Below, in pieces: positions 9,269 through 19,693 of a DNA stretch of 64,000 nt (positions within the stretch are counted from its first letter, which is position 1; every line of letters begins with the position of its first letter). The stretch comes from Promethearchaeota archaeon. GTDB taxonomy: Archaea; Asgardarchaeota; Lokiarchaeia; Sigyniarchaeales; SOKP01. The stretch lies in assembly GCA_019057795.1 (NCBI GenBank), contig JAHLWS010000067.1, forward strand, positions 1 to 64,000, given 5' to 3'. The position numbers and the translations under genes were made by a program. The notes under the pieces are model-generated. The model did not search any database, was not told where the DNA came from, and worked only from the letters and a program-made list of their open reading frames with translations.

Positions 9269-10168
9269 CTAAATTAAATTTAAATTCTTTAATACGATTT
9301 TAACCTTTTCTTGATTGTCTACTAACGGAGGCGTTAGTGGCAACCTCATCCTTTTATTCATTATTCCCATTAATTCCGCAGCGTACTTTACTGGACCGGG
9401 ATTAGTTTCAATAAATAATACTTTAAAAAGATCGTATAGTTCGAACTGTTTTTCTTTAGCTTTTTCCCAATTTCCCTTAAGCATTGTGTTTGTGAATTCC
9501 ACAAGTTTAGCGGGTATAATATTTGCTGCTACACTTACGACGCCTTTACCACCCAGAGCCATTATGTGGAATGTCATTCCATCATCACCACTAAGAACTA
9601 TGAAATCTTCTGGTGTTGTTTTTACAATCTTGGTAATTTGATCTATATTTCCACTAGCACATTTAATCCCAACGATGTTATCATTTTTATAAGCTAACTT
9701 GGATACAGTTTCAGGTTCTAAATTTCGACCTGTGCGACTAGGTACGTTATATAATATTATCGGTAAAGATATTGAATCTGCTATTGCTGAGAAATGATCT
9801 ATTAAAGAATGTTGCACTGGTTTATTATAATATGGAACAACAACTAAACATCCATCAGCCCCTGCTTTTTCAGCGTATTGACTGAGTGATATTGACTCTT
9901 GAGTTGAATTACTTCCTGTCCCTGCTAATACAAAGGGGTCTTTTCCGCTTTTTTTTGCCTCATCAACCGTGATCTCTATTGCGTAATGGTGCTCCTTATG
10001 AGACAACGTTGCTGATTCGCCAGTAGTACCCATGGTTAAAGGCTGACAGCCGTTATCGATCTGAAATCTAATAAATTCACGATATTTTTCTTCGTCTATA
10101 GAAAAATCCTCATTAAAGGGCGTTATCATAGCAGTAATTACATTTTGCAATTTCTCGAGCTTTTTCAT
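9269..10168 (-). CDS. dapA: 4-hydroxy-tetrahydrodipicolinate synthase
   Basis: ITPF, GTTGES, GTGSNST, PYYNKP, LYNVPSRTG, GIK, LSGDD, ETNPGPVK. Confidence 0.97.
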   Translation of the reverse strand: MKKLEKLQNVITAMITPFNEDFSIDEEKYREFIRFQIDNGCQPLTMGTTGESATLSHKEHHYAIEITVDEAKKSGKDPFVLAGTGSNSTQESISLSQYAEKAGADGCLVVVPYYNKPVQHSLIDHFSAIADSISLPIILYNVPSRTGRNLEPETVSKLAYKNDNIVGIKCASGNIDQITKIVKTTPEDFIVLSGDDGMTFHIMALGGKGVVSVAANIIPAKLVEFTNTMLKGNWEKAKEKQFELYDLFKVLFIETNPGPVKYAAELMGIMNKRMRLPLTPPLVDNQEKVKIVLKNLNLI

Positions 10169-10421
10169 GATTAATCATATCAGTTTTTCTTTTTTTGTAG
10201 GATTTAACTGTTAAAACTATTTAAATAAAAAATAATAATTAAAATATAATTTGTTAAAATTCGCTTATAAGGATTATTGCTAAGCACATCATAAATAATC
10301 ATCTATATCACTATTGTGTTGTTACGTCTTTTAATATTAGTCAAGTAAGAAGTTTTAATATTTTAGAAAAAAATTAAATAGGAAGTTAATTATGATTTTG
10401 GTATAAAATTCTAAAGTAAAC

Positions 10422-11432
10422 ATGAAATTGGATTATTTAAATAAATTTAATGGAACTATATTAGGCGTAAGCATTGGAGATACTTTAGGTCACCCCTTTG
10501 AAGGAATGTTACGAGAGAGAATTTATTCTCATTTTAAAGATTTCAAAGAATTTATCAACAGCAACAAAAAACTATTTAATTCGTATACTGACGATACACA
10601 ATTAACACTACACACAGCAGAAGCACTTATTCAAGGATCTGGATTCAATATAAATAATTTTACTAGAGAATATATTAAATGGCTTGAAGATCCTCCAATA
10701 GGACCGGGATTTGGATGCATTTCCTCTATTCAAAAATTAAAATACGGAATTCCATGGGAAAAAGCGGCTTCGAATTCGGGAGGTAATGGTACCGCAATGC
10801 GAGTCTCTCCAATTGGATTGTTTTACTGTAAAGATATAAAAAGTTTAGAAAAATCCGCTTTAAAATCTAGTATTATCACTCATTCTCACCCAGCAGCTTC
10901 AGCAGGTGCTATAGTTATAGCAAGAGCAATAGCTTTTTTAATAGATAAAAAACCAGAGACTGTTTTTTCAATCGACGAGTTCTTTGAAACTATTATATTA
11001 TCAATTTCAAACTCTCATGAAAGAATATGGGGAGAATTTATCGAAATTTTAAACAAAGTAAAGCAAAATTTAAACATCTCAATCGAAGCAGGGTTAATAA
11101 AATTCTCCCAAGTTGGGGTTAAATCACCATATTTTATTGAAGAATACTTGGGTAAGGCTTTTGTTCACCCTTATACTCTCAGTACTGTTGCTTGCGCCAT
11201 ATTCGTTTTTTTAAAAAAATTAAACTCATTTGAAGATTGCATTTTTCAGTTAGCAACAGCAGGAGGAGATAGTGACACTGTTGGAGCTATCGGTGGAAGT
11301 TTAGCAGGTGCTTATTTTGGATTAAAAAATATTCCTAGCGATTTAATAATGATTGTAAAAAATCATAAAAATATCTTAAGAGTTAGTGAACGATTACATC
11401 TTAAATTCAAAGAGAAATACAAAATAATCTAA
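10422..11432 (+). CDS. ADP-ribosylglycohydrolase family protein
   Basis: GDTLG, YTDDTQ, GNGTAMR, ITHSHP, GGDSDTVGAIGG. Confidence 0.93.
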   Translation: MKLDYLNKFNGTILGVSIGDTLGHPFEGMLRERIYSHFKDFKEFINSNKKLFNSYTDDTQLTLHTAEALIQGSGFNINNFTREYIKWLEDPPIGPGFGCISSIQKLKYGIPWEKAASNSGGNGTAMRVSPIGLFYCKDIKSLEKSALKSSIITHSHPAASAGAIVIARAIAFLIDKKPETVFSIDEFFETIILSISNSHERIWGEFIEILNKVKQNLNISIEAGLIKFSQVGVKSPYFIEEYLGKAFVHPYTLSTVACAIFVFLKKLNSFEDCIFQLATAGGDSDTVGAIGGSLAGAYFGLKNIPSDLIMIVKNHKNILRVSERLHLKFKEKYKII

Positions 11433-11998
11433 TCAAAATCGTCTAGGAAATCATTCAATTTTTTCAAGCACGTTTCGCAATAATTTGGCGGTTTTTTATC
11501 CGTATCGTCTAAGGAATTTGAATATCGCATTACACATAGATTTTCACAGTGTTCTAACCCAAAAGTGTGTCCAAGCTCGTGAATTGCTTCCTTCAACACT
11601 CTTAACTCAAATTGAGCTACATTTTCAGATCTCCTATAAAATTTTTCCCTTAAACGAGTAACTGAAATTAAAGCGCTCCCAAAAGATTTGTTTTTAGGCA
11701 TGTCAGCAACGCCAAATACAAAGTTTAAAAATCTCGAAAAAATATCTACATCCATAACACCTAATATACGATAGTAATTTTTATTATTAACATGCTTGAT
11801 TAACCTTTTTTTAACCTTTAAAGCATCGTATTGTCTTTGATAAGGTCCATATTCAGATTCCAATAATGGAAGTTTCTCGGGAAGAATATTTATTTTAATG
11901 TTATTATTTTTAAAGAACCACTTCAAATTCTTTTGAAGAACAATTAAAATCCTAGGATCGATATCTCCAATTCTTTGTAGATGAATTATTTTCTTCAT
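11429..11998 (-). CDS. amzA: Archaemetzincin (peptidase M54)
   Basis: HELGHTFGLEHCENLCVM zinc motif, NFVFG, D.K...C..C. Confidence 0.92.
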   Translation of the reverse strand: MKKIIHLQRIGDIDPRILIVLQKNLKWFFKNNNIKINILPEKLPLLESEYGPYQRQYDALKVKKRLIKHVNNKNYYRILGVMDVDIFSRFLNFVFGVADMPKNKSFGSALISVTRLREKFYRRSENVAQFELRVLKEAIHELGHTFGLEHCENLCVMRYSNSLDDTDKKPPNYCETCLKKLNDFLDDFD

Positions 11999-12221
11999 TT
12001 TTAAACATATTAAAATAGATTAGATAAAATATCTTAGCTAAGAAAATATTATACGTTTTTATTTATTAGATTTAATATAATCTAATGGCATATCGATCGT
12101 TGGTGAATTGCAATAAAAAAATTAAAAATCGAAAGAATATTTTAATCTTTATTATTAACATATAATAATTAAATTTTTCATTATTAAGATATAAAAAATC
12201 GTTTTACCCCTCATATTTAAT

Positions 12222-12295
12222 GGGAGGGTGGTCTAGCTTGGTATGATTCCTGGTTTGGGACCAGGTGGCCGGGGGTTCGAATCCCCCCTCTCCCA
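12222..12295 (+). tRNA. tRNA-Pro (TGG), intronless
   Basis: Acceptor stem GGGAGGG/CTCTCCC+A, anticodon arm CCTGG-TT TGG GA-CCAGG, T-arm GGGGG TTCGAAT CCCCC, poly-T downstream. Confidence 0.96.
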
Positions 12296-12384
12296 TTTTT
12301 AAACTTATTCTTTGATGATTTATGTTAATTCAATTTTAAATTCCAAAAAAAAAAATAATAACTTGAACTTTAAAAGAAAAAGGA

Positions 12385-12687
12385 TTAAATTTTTGTGTAC
12401 TCTTCGATATCTATTGATTCCTCTGAATTAAAGTAAATTTCAGGAATTAAGTCCTGAATTGTTGAGAAAAATGATATCATTGTTGCCGGATTATCAGAAG
12501 TTATTTTGTAATATTTATGAAATCTCCAAATCTTTTTATAAGTGAGTTGGTCTTGAAAGAATTGAAAAATCTGCTCGATATCACCTATAAAATCTTCATG
12601 CCTTTGCACCCAAGCGTAAATTTCGTTTCTATTTCTTTTTTTATCCTGTCTAATTTTTAACTTTATTATCATCTTAATGCTTAACAA
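12385..12687 (-). CDS. Hypothetical protein
   Basis: 100-aa ORF lying just downstream of the displaced polyferredoxin 3' end. Confidence 0.65.
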   Translation of the reverse strand: MLSIKMIIKLKIRQDKKRNRNEIYAWVQRHEDFIGDIEQIFQFFQDQLTYKKIWRFHKYYKITSDNPATMISFFSTIQDLIPEIYFNSEESIDIEEYTKI

Positions 12688-12799
12688 CTTATTTCTGTTT
12701 TAAAACTGCTAAATATAACATATTTTTGATTTTATTTATTAAAACAAATAGAAATTTTTAAGGCGAAAATCCTTTAGAAATTAGAAAAGAATAATAAAA

Positions 12800-13036
12800 T
12801 TATCCTAAAACCTTTTTTAATTCTTTTGTAATCCTATCAACTTTTTTATCCTTCATCCAATAACGAATTTTGCTCGATTTTAGAAATTCTTGGACTATGT
12901 TATTCAATTCATTTAATTTCTTCTTATCTTCCTTGGTGAGCTGAGGTACTTGTTCTTTTATTTCCTTTTTTATTTTTTCGATATGTTCTTCAACAGTTAG
13001 TATTTGAACTTGCTCCTTACCTTCGACAATTGCCTT
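12800..13036 (-). pseudogene. Orphaned 3' end (78 codons + stop) of the polyferredoxin gene
   Basis: KAIVEGKEQVQILTVEEH...FLKSSKIRYWMKDKKVDRITKELKKVLG*, gap-free and 40/78 identical to the C-terminus of 15677-16753. No start codon; preceded by TGA. Confidence 0.92.
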
Positions 13037-13169
13037 TCAATTATTTAATTATTATTAATTTTATTATATTATTTTTAAATTAAAAGAAACATAATCCTTA
13101 TCACACTTAATATTTAAATAGTAATAATATTTTTTCGACATTAAGAAATTAATGAAGCCCACAATTTAG

Positions 13170-15578
13170 GTGTTAAATAAACTGAATGAAACAGAAGTTT
13201 ACAATCTATTTAAGACATACTTAATAAATAATGCGTTAGAATTTCTCGGAGATCGCTCAATTATAATAAATAATAATATTCCTGATTTTATTTATAAAAA
13301 ATCTAAATATTTTATTGCTATAGAAATCAAAGGTTCAGGACCAAAAACGGGCATTGAGAGGGGTTATACTCAATGTTGGAGTTATTTAAAAGAAGTTAAT
13401 AAATCTTTCATAGTTATACCTGACGATGATACAATCAAATTAATTAAAAAAAATCTTTTAAAGGATTTAGGAATTGGCTTAATAACTATTTCTCGTTCGG
13501 GTAATTTAAAGATATTATTTGATTTTTCTAATGAAAAGGATTTAAATAAAAATTGTTTGAGGGTAAGTAGAATATTCAATAATAGATCTAATGATGAAAG
13601 AAAAAAAAATTCTTTAACTACAACAGAAGTAAAAGAAAATATTATGAAAATCCTAAAACAGAATGGATATACTACAATAGATAAAATAGTAAATAATCTC
13701 AAATTGGACAAACCAACTATTAAAAGATTTTTAAATGAAAAGCTTAGACCTGAAGGAAAAGTTAATATATTAGGTTGGGAATATTTAGAAAAAGGGCAAA
13801 CTTTGAGGAATAAAAAAGGAAAAAAAATTTGGTGTTCTTCAGATTTTGATCTCTCTTGGAAAGATTTACCAGTAAAAGTAATACCATATCCCCATGGTTT
13901 TGATGGATTAATATTTTCTTTGGTTAACCAAGAAGCTTTGACAAATAGAGAAATTTTTGAAAAATTAGCAAATCAGGGGTACAATATTAAGCTTAATGAT
14001 ATAGAAAAACTAACATCAAAATCTTATCGTAATGGCTTTTTAATTACAATTCCATATATTACGAAAAATAAAAGAAGAGGATTTAGATACAGATATCATG
14101 ATCGAACAGATATGAATAAAAATAGATTTTGGAGAAACCCAGAATTTTCATTATTATTAGAAGAGAAAGGAGCGATGACTATTAGAGAGATAGCTACAAA
14201 TACGGGTTATACTGCTTCATATGTAAATACTCAAATTAAGAAATTAATAAAAAAGAAAGAAGTCATAGTGCTTGGTAAAAGACCAAGTGGAACAAGAATA
14301 TTTGGGAATTATAAATTCATAGAAAAAGCACCAATTGAATTTTTATCAAAGTTACAAGAAAAAATATTAATGAAGTTGAAAATTTTAAATAAATTTGAAG
14401 TATATGATAATATTGTAAAATTATTGCCTGAAAATAGAAAGAGAACAATTATTACAAATATTAGAAACTTAGTGAACAGTAGATTTGTAGAAAGAAAAAA
14501 ATATCAAACAACATTTAATGTGAAAATATCTTCTAAAGGCTTGGGTTATTTACAAACACTTGATGATTTAAATCTTAGCATTGATAGATGGAGAGAAAAT
14601 GAGGAAATAGTATTACTCTCACATTCTGAAAAGAGAATTATCAAATTGATTGATGAAAAGAAATATTGTACTCTAGAAATGATTATTAATTTGCTTGATG
14701 TATCCGAAACAGCCGCAAGACATTATATTCATAATTTAATAGATATATATAATTTAATTATAAGGGGAGGGAGAATATTTAATTCAGAAGCAAATGAAAA
14801 TTGTAGAAATTTTTATGGCAATGTTTTCTATTGTAGACCCGAAATTCTAGAAAAATTACCATTTAAGTATTTCCCTATATCAGGTTTTAAAGGATTAGTT
14901 GTTAAGATTGTTCTGGAAGAAGGTACGGTAATGAATTTTTATGATATCAAAAATATAGCAGAAAAAATATATAATATTGAATTTCCCTCAGATTGTATAA
15001 GAAATGCTTGTATGAATGCAGTAGAGAATGGAGAACTCAAAATAGTAGGAAATAAAAGAACTACCACTGGAAAAGCAGCCAATGCATATCTGCCAATCAG
15101 TTCAAATATTGAAGTTTTAACTCCAAAAGAGAATATTATGTTCTTATTTAAGAAAAATAGATTACTTACAGCTAAAAAAATTGCTGAAATATTAGATTAT
15201 GAAAGTATTAGTCAAATAAATAAATACTTAAATGAGTTAAAAAATGAAAACAAAATTTCGGAAAGTTCCACACGTGGTTTAACAAAATTTTATTCCTTAT
15301 CATCAATAGCACCAGAAATTTCTCCCAATCGTTTAACTGATTATCAAGAATGGTGTCTATACAATATTAAGAATTTTAAGAATGAATTTGAAAATAGAAA
15401 AACAAAAATGTTCAGAAAATATTTAGATGAAAAAAATAAAATAGAATGGAGTACTTTTAGAAAAGGTTTTAATGATCTTTTAAAAGATAATTATCTTGAT
15501 ATAATTGAAAAAAAATACATTTTGACTATTAAAGGTAAAAAATATATAAGAGGGATTTTTGGAACTGAATTTGATTAG
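13170..15578 (+). CDS. N-terminal PD-(D/E)xK nuclease fused to an array of winged-helix repeats
   Basis: IPDFIY...IAIEIKG...GYTQCWSY nuclease motifs. Repeated HTH units such as MTIREIATNTGYTASYVNTQIKKL and LTAKKIAEILDYESISQINKYLNEL. Confidence 0.75.
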   Translation: MLNKLNETEVYNLFKTYLINNALEFLGDRSIIINNNIPDFIYKKSKYFIAIEIKGSGPKTGIERGYTQCWSYLKEVNKSFIVIPDDDTIKLIKKNLLKDLGIGLITISRSGNLKILFDFSNEKDLNKNCLRVSRIFNNRSNDERKKNSLTTTEVKENIMKILKQNGYTTIDKIVNNLKLDKPTIKRFLNEKLRPEGKVNILGWEYLEKGQTLRNKKGKKIWCSSDFDLSWKDLPVKVIPYPHGFDGLIFSLVNQEALTNREIFEKLANQGYNIKLNDIEKLTSKSYRNGFLITIPYITKNKRRGFRYRYHDRTDMNKNRFWRNPEFSLLLEEKGAMTIREIATNTGYTASYVNTQIKKLIKKKEVIVLGKRPSGTRIFGNYKFIEKAPIEFLSKLQEKILMKLKILNKFEVYDNIVKLLPENRKRTIITNIRNLVNSRFVERKKYQTTFNVKISSKGLGYLQTLDDLNLSIDRWRENEEIVLLSHSEKRIIKLIDEKKYCTLEMIINLLDVSETAARHYIHNLIDIYNLIIRGGRIFNSEANENCRNFYGNVFYCRPEILEKLPFKYFPISGFKGLVVKIVLEEGTVMNFYDIKNIAEKIYNIEFPSDCIRNACMNAVENGELKIVGNKRTTTGKAANAYLPISSNIEVLTPKENIMFLFKKNRLLTAKKIAEILDYESISQINKYLNELKNENKISESSTRGLTKFYSLSSIAPEISPNRLTDYQEWCLYNIKNFKNEFENRKTKMFRKYLDEKNKIEWSTFRKGFNDLLKDNYLDIIEKKYILTIKGKKYIRGIFGTEFD

Positions 15579-15676
15579 TGCTTTCTATAAATTACTTAGA
15601 ATGAGATTTAGAAATTAATAATAAATCCTAAGGATTTAATACTCTTGTGAGTTAAAGTACTGCTTAATACAGATAT

Positions 15677-16753
15677 TTACAAATTTAGTTGCTTTTTTAA
15701 CTCTCTTGCGATTTTGGCAACTTTTTTATCTTTTATCCAATATCTAATTTTTGAGGATCGCAAAAAGGTTTGAATTTTCTCATTTAGCTGAAATAATTTT
15801 TCTCTTTCTTCTTTTGATAATTGAGGTATATCTTCTTCGATTTTTTCTTTTACTGCTTTAATTTCTTCTGCAATGATTGGGATTTCTATTTGTTGTTTAC
15901 CTTGAATTAATCTCTTCCTTAATATTTCTTTTATACCATTAATCCAGCCTTGTATCCAAGGATAAGCTCCTTGCTTTCTTGGATCTATTATTCGTATATT
16001 TTTCCGATTAACAACTATCAAATCGTCAGGGCAAGAATTCTCGCACGCTCCGCAATAAAAGCACTTGTCTTCGTTACAAGCAATCTTACCGTATTTTACG
16101 ACGTCTTCGGCGCTCTCAGGAATATAAAATGATTGTACGGGGCAGATATTGATGCATGCCTTGCAATTTTCAGGACTGCATTTATGTAACATATTTTTTT
16201 TAATAATAACTTCCCCTTGAATTGGTGAATCTATTTGAAAGCATTCAACAGGGCATTCCTTTTCAATTTTATAATACTCTTCAATAAAATTTCTTTCTCG
16301 GACATCTAAACATAATTTACAAATTTTAATGTTCCTATCTTCGATACATTTATCCATATCGATCTTATAAAATTTTCCTATAGTAGGGAATTCATTAAGG
16401 TCGATTTGCCCTTCAGGCTCAATATTTTCGTGGAATGCATCATTAGGACATACAATAGCACATAACATACAATAACAGCATTTTTCATGATCTATTAGAA
16501 TTTTAGGGTTACTTTTATCAATTTTTTCTTGAGCAATATCAGGAATGGGTCCTAACTCGATTGCATTAACGGGACAGACTAATTTACACAAACTACAACC
16601 AATACATTTATTAATGTCATAAGTTAGCTTTTTATTAACCTCTTTATATTTCCAATTTAAAATTAATTGATCTGGACCAAACTCTAGGTTTTTTTCTATT
16701 TGATCTTCTTTTTTATCTTCAATCAAGGATGAATTTGAAATCCTAAATAACAC
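15677..16753 (-). CDS. Polyferredoxin (multi-4Fe-4S protein, FwdF-like); intact, probably mosaic copy
   Basis: CIGCSLCKLVCP, CCYCMLCAIVCP, CKACINICP, CFYCGACENSCP. True start may be the ATT four codons downstream. Confidence 0.9.
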   Translation of the reverse strand: MLFRISNSSLIEDKKEDQIEKNLEFGPDQLILNWKYKEVNKKLTYDINKCIGCSLCKLVCPVNAIELGPIPDIAQEKIDKSNPKILIDHEKCCYCMLCAIVCPNDAFHENIEPEGQIDLNEFPTIGKFYKIDMDKCIEDRNIKICKLCLDVRERNFIEEYYKIEKECPVECFQIDSPIQGEVIIKKNMLHKCSPENCKACINICPVQSFYIPESAEDVVKYGKIACNEDKCFYCGACENSCPDDLIVVNRKNIRIIDPRKQGAYPWIQGWINGIKEILRKRLIQGKQQIEIPIIAEEIKAVKEKIEEDIPQLSKEEREKLFQLNEKIQTFLRSSKIRYWIKDKKVAKIARELKKQLNL

Positions 16754-16824
16754 CTACTTGAAACCTTATTATATTTAATATTATTGAATTATTTAAAAAA
16801 CTTTAATTATTATTATAAAAAAAG

Positions 16825-19215
16825 TTATTTTAATCTTTTGAGATCATTATAAAGATAAGTTCTTTTTGAATTTTTGGGGATTTTTCTACTCAATAAGTAT
16901 GAGTTTCTATTAGAATTTGTGATTTTAACAAATTCTAGAAGTTTAGGATATAGATCTTCAGGATTAAACGAATAGGCCATATCTTTACTAAACCCTATAC
17001 ATAATAAACTATTGTTAATGTGGACACCATAATCTTCTAATCTATCCTTTAATAAAATACCATAAGCAGTGAGTTGTGGTAATGATCTATATATTTCATT
17101 CTCATCTTGTTTATAGTCGGCAATTATTAAGAACCCATTTATGAAAAGAATTATGTCAATATGACCAATATTAAATAAGCTTGAATTTTCAATAGGCTTC
17201 CAAACTGGGGATTCAATTGCTATAGTATTATTATCATTTGTTATTATATAAGTCAAAATAGGTGGATGGTCTGGTTTTTTACCTATTCTATTTTTTTTAT
17301 AATGCTCAAAAACCTTTTGAACATATTTACACAAAAAAAAGGAAGAATCATATGCTTTTAATTCATCTTTAAAGAAATCTTCTATATATTCAAATTTTAA
17401 GTGCTCATCATAAGATCCATAAAATTTTAACATTGAGGCTCTGGGATTATCGTTAGACATGAATATATCACGAGGAAAGTTTTCTCTCCAAAGATCATTA
17501 AGAAAGTTATAAAGCCCTAGTTTTAATTGATTATTATTAATGATATTTAAGCATTCTTCTTTCCATCTAAAAGGATATGTAACGCTTTGATGTTTAAAAT
17601 CCCTTCGCTTTAATTCTTGTATATTATTAATCCAATCAATAAAGTATCTTTTATAATATTCTATATGATTTGCTCTTATAAATTCACGAATATTTTCAAA
17701 GGTATTAGGGTCACTGAATGATGTTTTATTTCGAATTACACGTAATACCCCGCTGGTTCCAGGTGTATTATGAATATATAATTTATCTCCAAATTCTTTT
17801 GGCTCCATATCTAAAGATTGATATAATTCAAGTAAAAATTGAGTCTCAATATGATAAAATTCTTTTAAGGATTTTCTCATCATTTTAATAAAAGTTTCTC
17901 TACTATATATCTGCCCTTTATATCTTCCTAGATAATCTGCTATATAATCATATAACCGATTGCCGCTTCGATCATTCACATGAGTAAAATCAAATTCAGA
18001 TCCAAAACATTGTTCTAATTTCATTGGCGTTGCCATATTCTCTAAGCCTTTCATCTTTTTAAATGTATAGTAAAGTAAAGAAAATGCAAAATTCTGTGGA
18101 AAATAATAATCTATTTCGTTGTTTTTATTTATATCCAAAATTGGAAAATCGTTTACAATCGCATAATCAAAAATAGCCATTGCTTTTTCAATTGAATCAT
18201 TAATATCAATTCTTAAATCAGAACTTAAATAAGATTCTAATATATTAATATATTGAGTTAAATAATTTTCTACCTTCTGTTGATATTTATCTTGGTCTAA
18301 AACAAAATATTCTAACATAATTTGATGTAAAACCTCAGTAAAATTAGTACGCGGTATATTAAAGTTTTCATTTTCAAGTAACAAATCAAGAAAGTCCGTC
18401 TTGCTCAATTTAATATTTTTTTCATATTTTAAGAAAATAAAACACATAACCGCTGCCAGTATTTTTGGCTTCTTTTTTTTCAAATCTGCAAAAAAATTCT
18501 GAAATTTATCAGCTCCTTCAATAGAATCAATAATGTCCCAAAGTGAATCAGAAATTTTTTCATAATCACCCTCCGAAAAGTTAATTTCATATAGATTTCT
18601 ACTATTCAGATAATTGATATATTTATCAATATATTTATTGGTTAATGCAAGATATTCATCTTCAGTTAACCTGTCTGCATTTATTAGCTCAAGAATGAAA
18701 TTATATTCAGGAATTCTTTTAAGATGGCTCGAAACTGTAGAACAAACTCGATTTAAACTTGATAAATTTAAATCCAATATATGTGCTAGCAATTTTCGCT
18801 CAATATTTTCACCTAATCTAGCAAAATTGAAGATAATTAAAGAAACGGCGACATAATTAGCGTTTTTAATATTACTGGGGCCAAAGCTCTGGTAGAAAAA
18901 AATAAATTTTTTATCTTCGTTGTCATATAAGATTGAATTTAAAATGTCGTCATACATTTGAATACATTCTTCTCGAAACACTTCATCTAAATTATATTTT
19001 AATTGTAAATTTAATGAACGCACATCTTTCGCAATAGAATCAAAAAGTTCATTTCTGTACTTCTGTGCATCGAGATTCTGGATTTTTTGTGTTAATTTAT
19101 CCTTTTGAATCAAAGTATTATCCCTATACAATTCAGAACCACATGAATTTATATTTTTACGACTAATTTTATTTCGATTTGGATTTTGACAAGGAAATTT
19201 ATCTTCTTTTCTCAT
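16825..19215 (-). CDS. TFIIB/cyclin-like helical repeats fused to a C-terminal RecB-type PD-(D/E)xK nuclease
   Basis: KKPKILAAVMCFIFLK..NIKLSKTDF and NANYVAVSLIIF..ARLGENIERKLLA resemble TFIIB repeats. C-terminus IAIESPVW..GHIDII..IIADYK..PQLTAYG. Confidence 0.7.
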   Translation of the reverse strand: MRKEDKFPCQNPNRNKISRKNINSCGSELYRDNTLIQKDKLTQKIQNLDAQKYRNELFDSIAKDVRSLNLQLKYNLDEVFREECIQMYDDILNSILYDNEDKKFIFFYQSFGPSNIKNANYVAVSLIIFNFARLGENIERKLLAHILDLNLSSLNRVCSTVSSHLKRIPEYNFILELINADRLTEDEYLALTNKYIDKYINYLNSRNLYEINFSEGDYEKISDSLWDIIDSIEGADKFQNFFADLKKKKPKILAAVMCFIFLKYEKNIKLSKTDFLDLLLENENFNIPRTNFTEVLHQIMLEYFVLDQDKYQQKVENYLTQYINILESYLSSDLRIDINDSIEKAMAIFDYAIVNDFPILDINKNNEIDYYFPQNFAFSLLYYTFKKMKGLENMATPMKLEQCFGSEFDFTHVNDRSGNRLYDYIADYLGRYKGQIYSRETFIKMMRKSLKEFYHIETQFLLELYQSLDMEPKEFGDKLYIHNTPGTSGVLRVIRNKTSFSDPNTFENIREFIRANHIEYYKRYFIDWINNIQELKRRDFKHQSVTYPFRWKEECLNIINNNQLKLGLYNFLNDLWRENFPRDIFMSNDNPRASMLKFYGSYDEHLKFEYIEDFFKDELKAYDSSFFLCKYVQKVFEHYKKNRIGKKPDHPPILTYIITNDNNTIAIESPVWKPIENSSLFNIGHIDIILFINGFLIIADYKQDENEIYRSLPQLTAYGILLKDRLEDYGVHINNSLLCIGFSKDMAYSFNPEDLYPKLLEFVKITNSNRNSYLLSRKIPKNSKRTYLYNDLKRLK

Positions 19216-19352
19216 GTTAATCTAACCCGTGTATATTAGGTATATCTAAATTAGAATGTATTAAGAACAAATCCTAATTCCTTACGAAATTTTTATTCCT
19301 ATTAATATTATTATCATGACCTTTTTAAATTTAAAGAAAGAATCTCAGAAAC

Positions 19353-19606
19353 TTATACTACTATAAACGATTACGATTTAATTTAAAATAATCTAACTAT
19401 TTTATCTCTAATAAATTATAATTGCTTTATCTTTATAAATGTTTGCGTTATCCTTTTCTTCGATTTTGTCTTTAAATACAACTCAAAAAATTTAGAGAAA
19501 ATCCAATTTTTACTAATATTCCGTAAAATAGGTAAATAGCTATAGCCAGAAAATACCTTATACTACTATAAACTATTTTAGCGTAAATATTTTATACTAC
19601 TATAAA
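19353..19606. promoter_or_regulatory. Three copies of TTATACTACTATAAA (19353-19367, 19558-19572, 19592-19606)
   Basis: Exact 15-bp repeats with quasi-palindromic core TTATA-CTAC-TATAA, upstream of the 796-aa nuclease gene. Confidence 0.6.
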
Positions 19607-19693
19607 GTATATTATATATTTTGAAAAATTATTTCAAATTAGAGATTTCAGAAAAGCTTTAAGGATTATAATATTGTTGTTTTCTTATAATTC

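Noticed and set aside
10169-10330. Lysine riboswitch or leader peptide upstream of dapA
   Set aside because: No convincing structure; the short uORF (MMCLAIILISEF) has no Lys codons.
12222-12295. tRNA-Pro as the integration site of the neighbouring island
   Set aside because: I saw no duplicated tRNA 3' end and no integrase. The island boundaries coincide with the split polyferredoxin gene instead.
19353-19606. CRISPR array
   Set aside because: Only three 15-bp repeats with irregular spacing (190 and 19 bp) and no cas genes.
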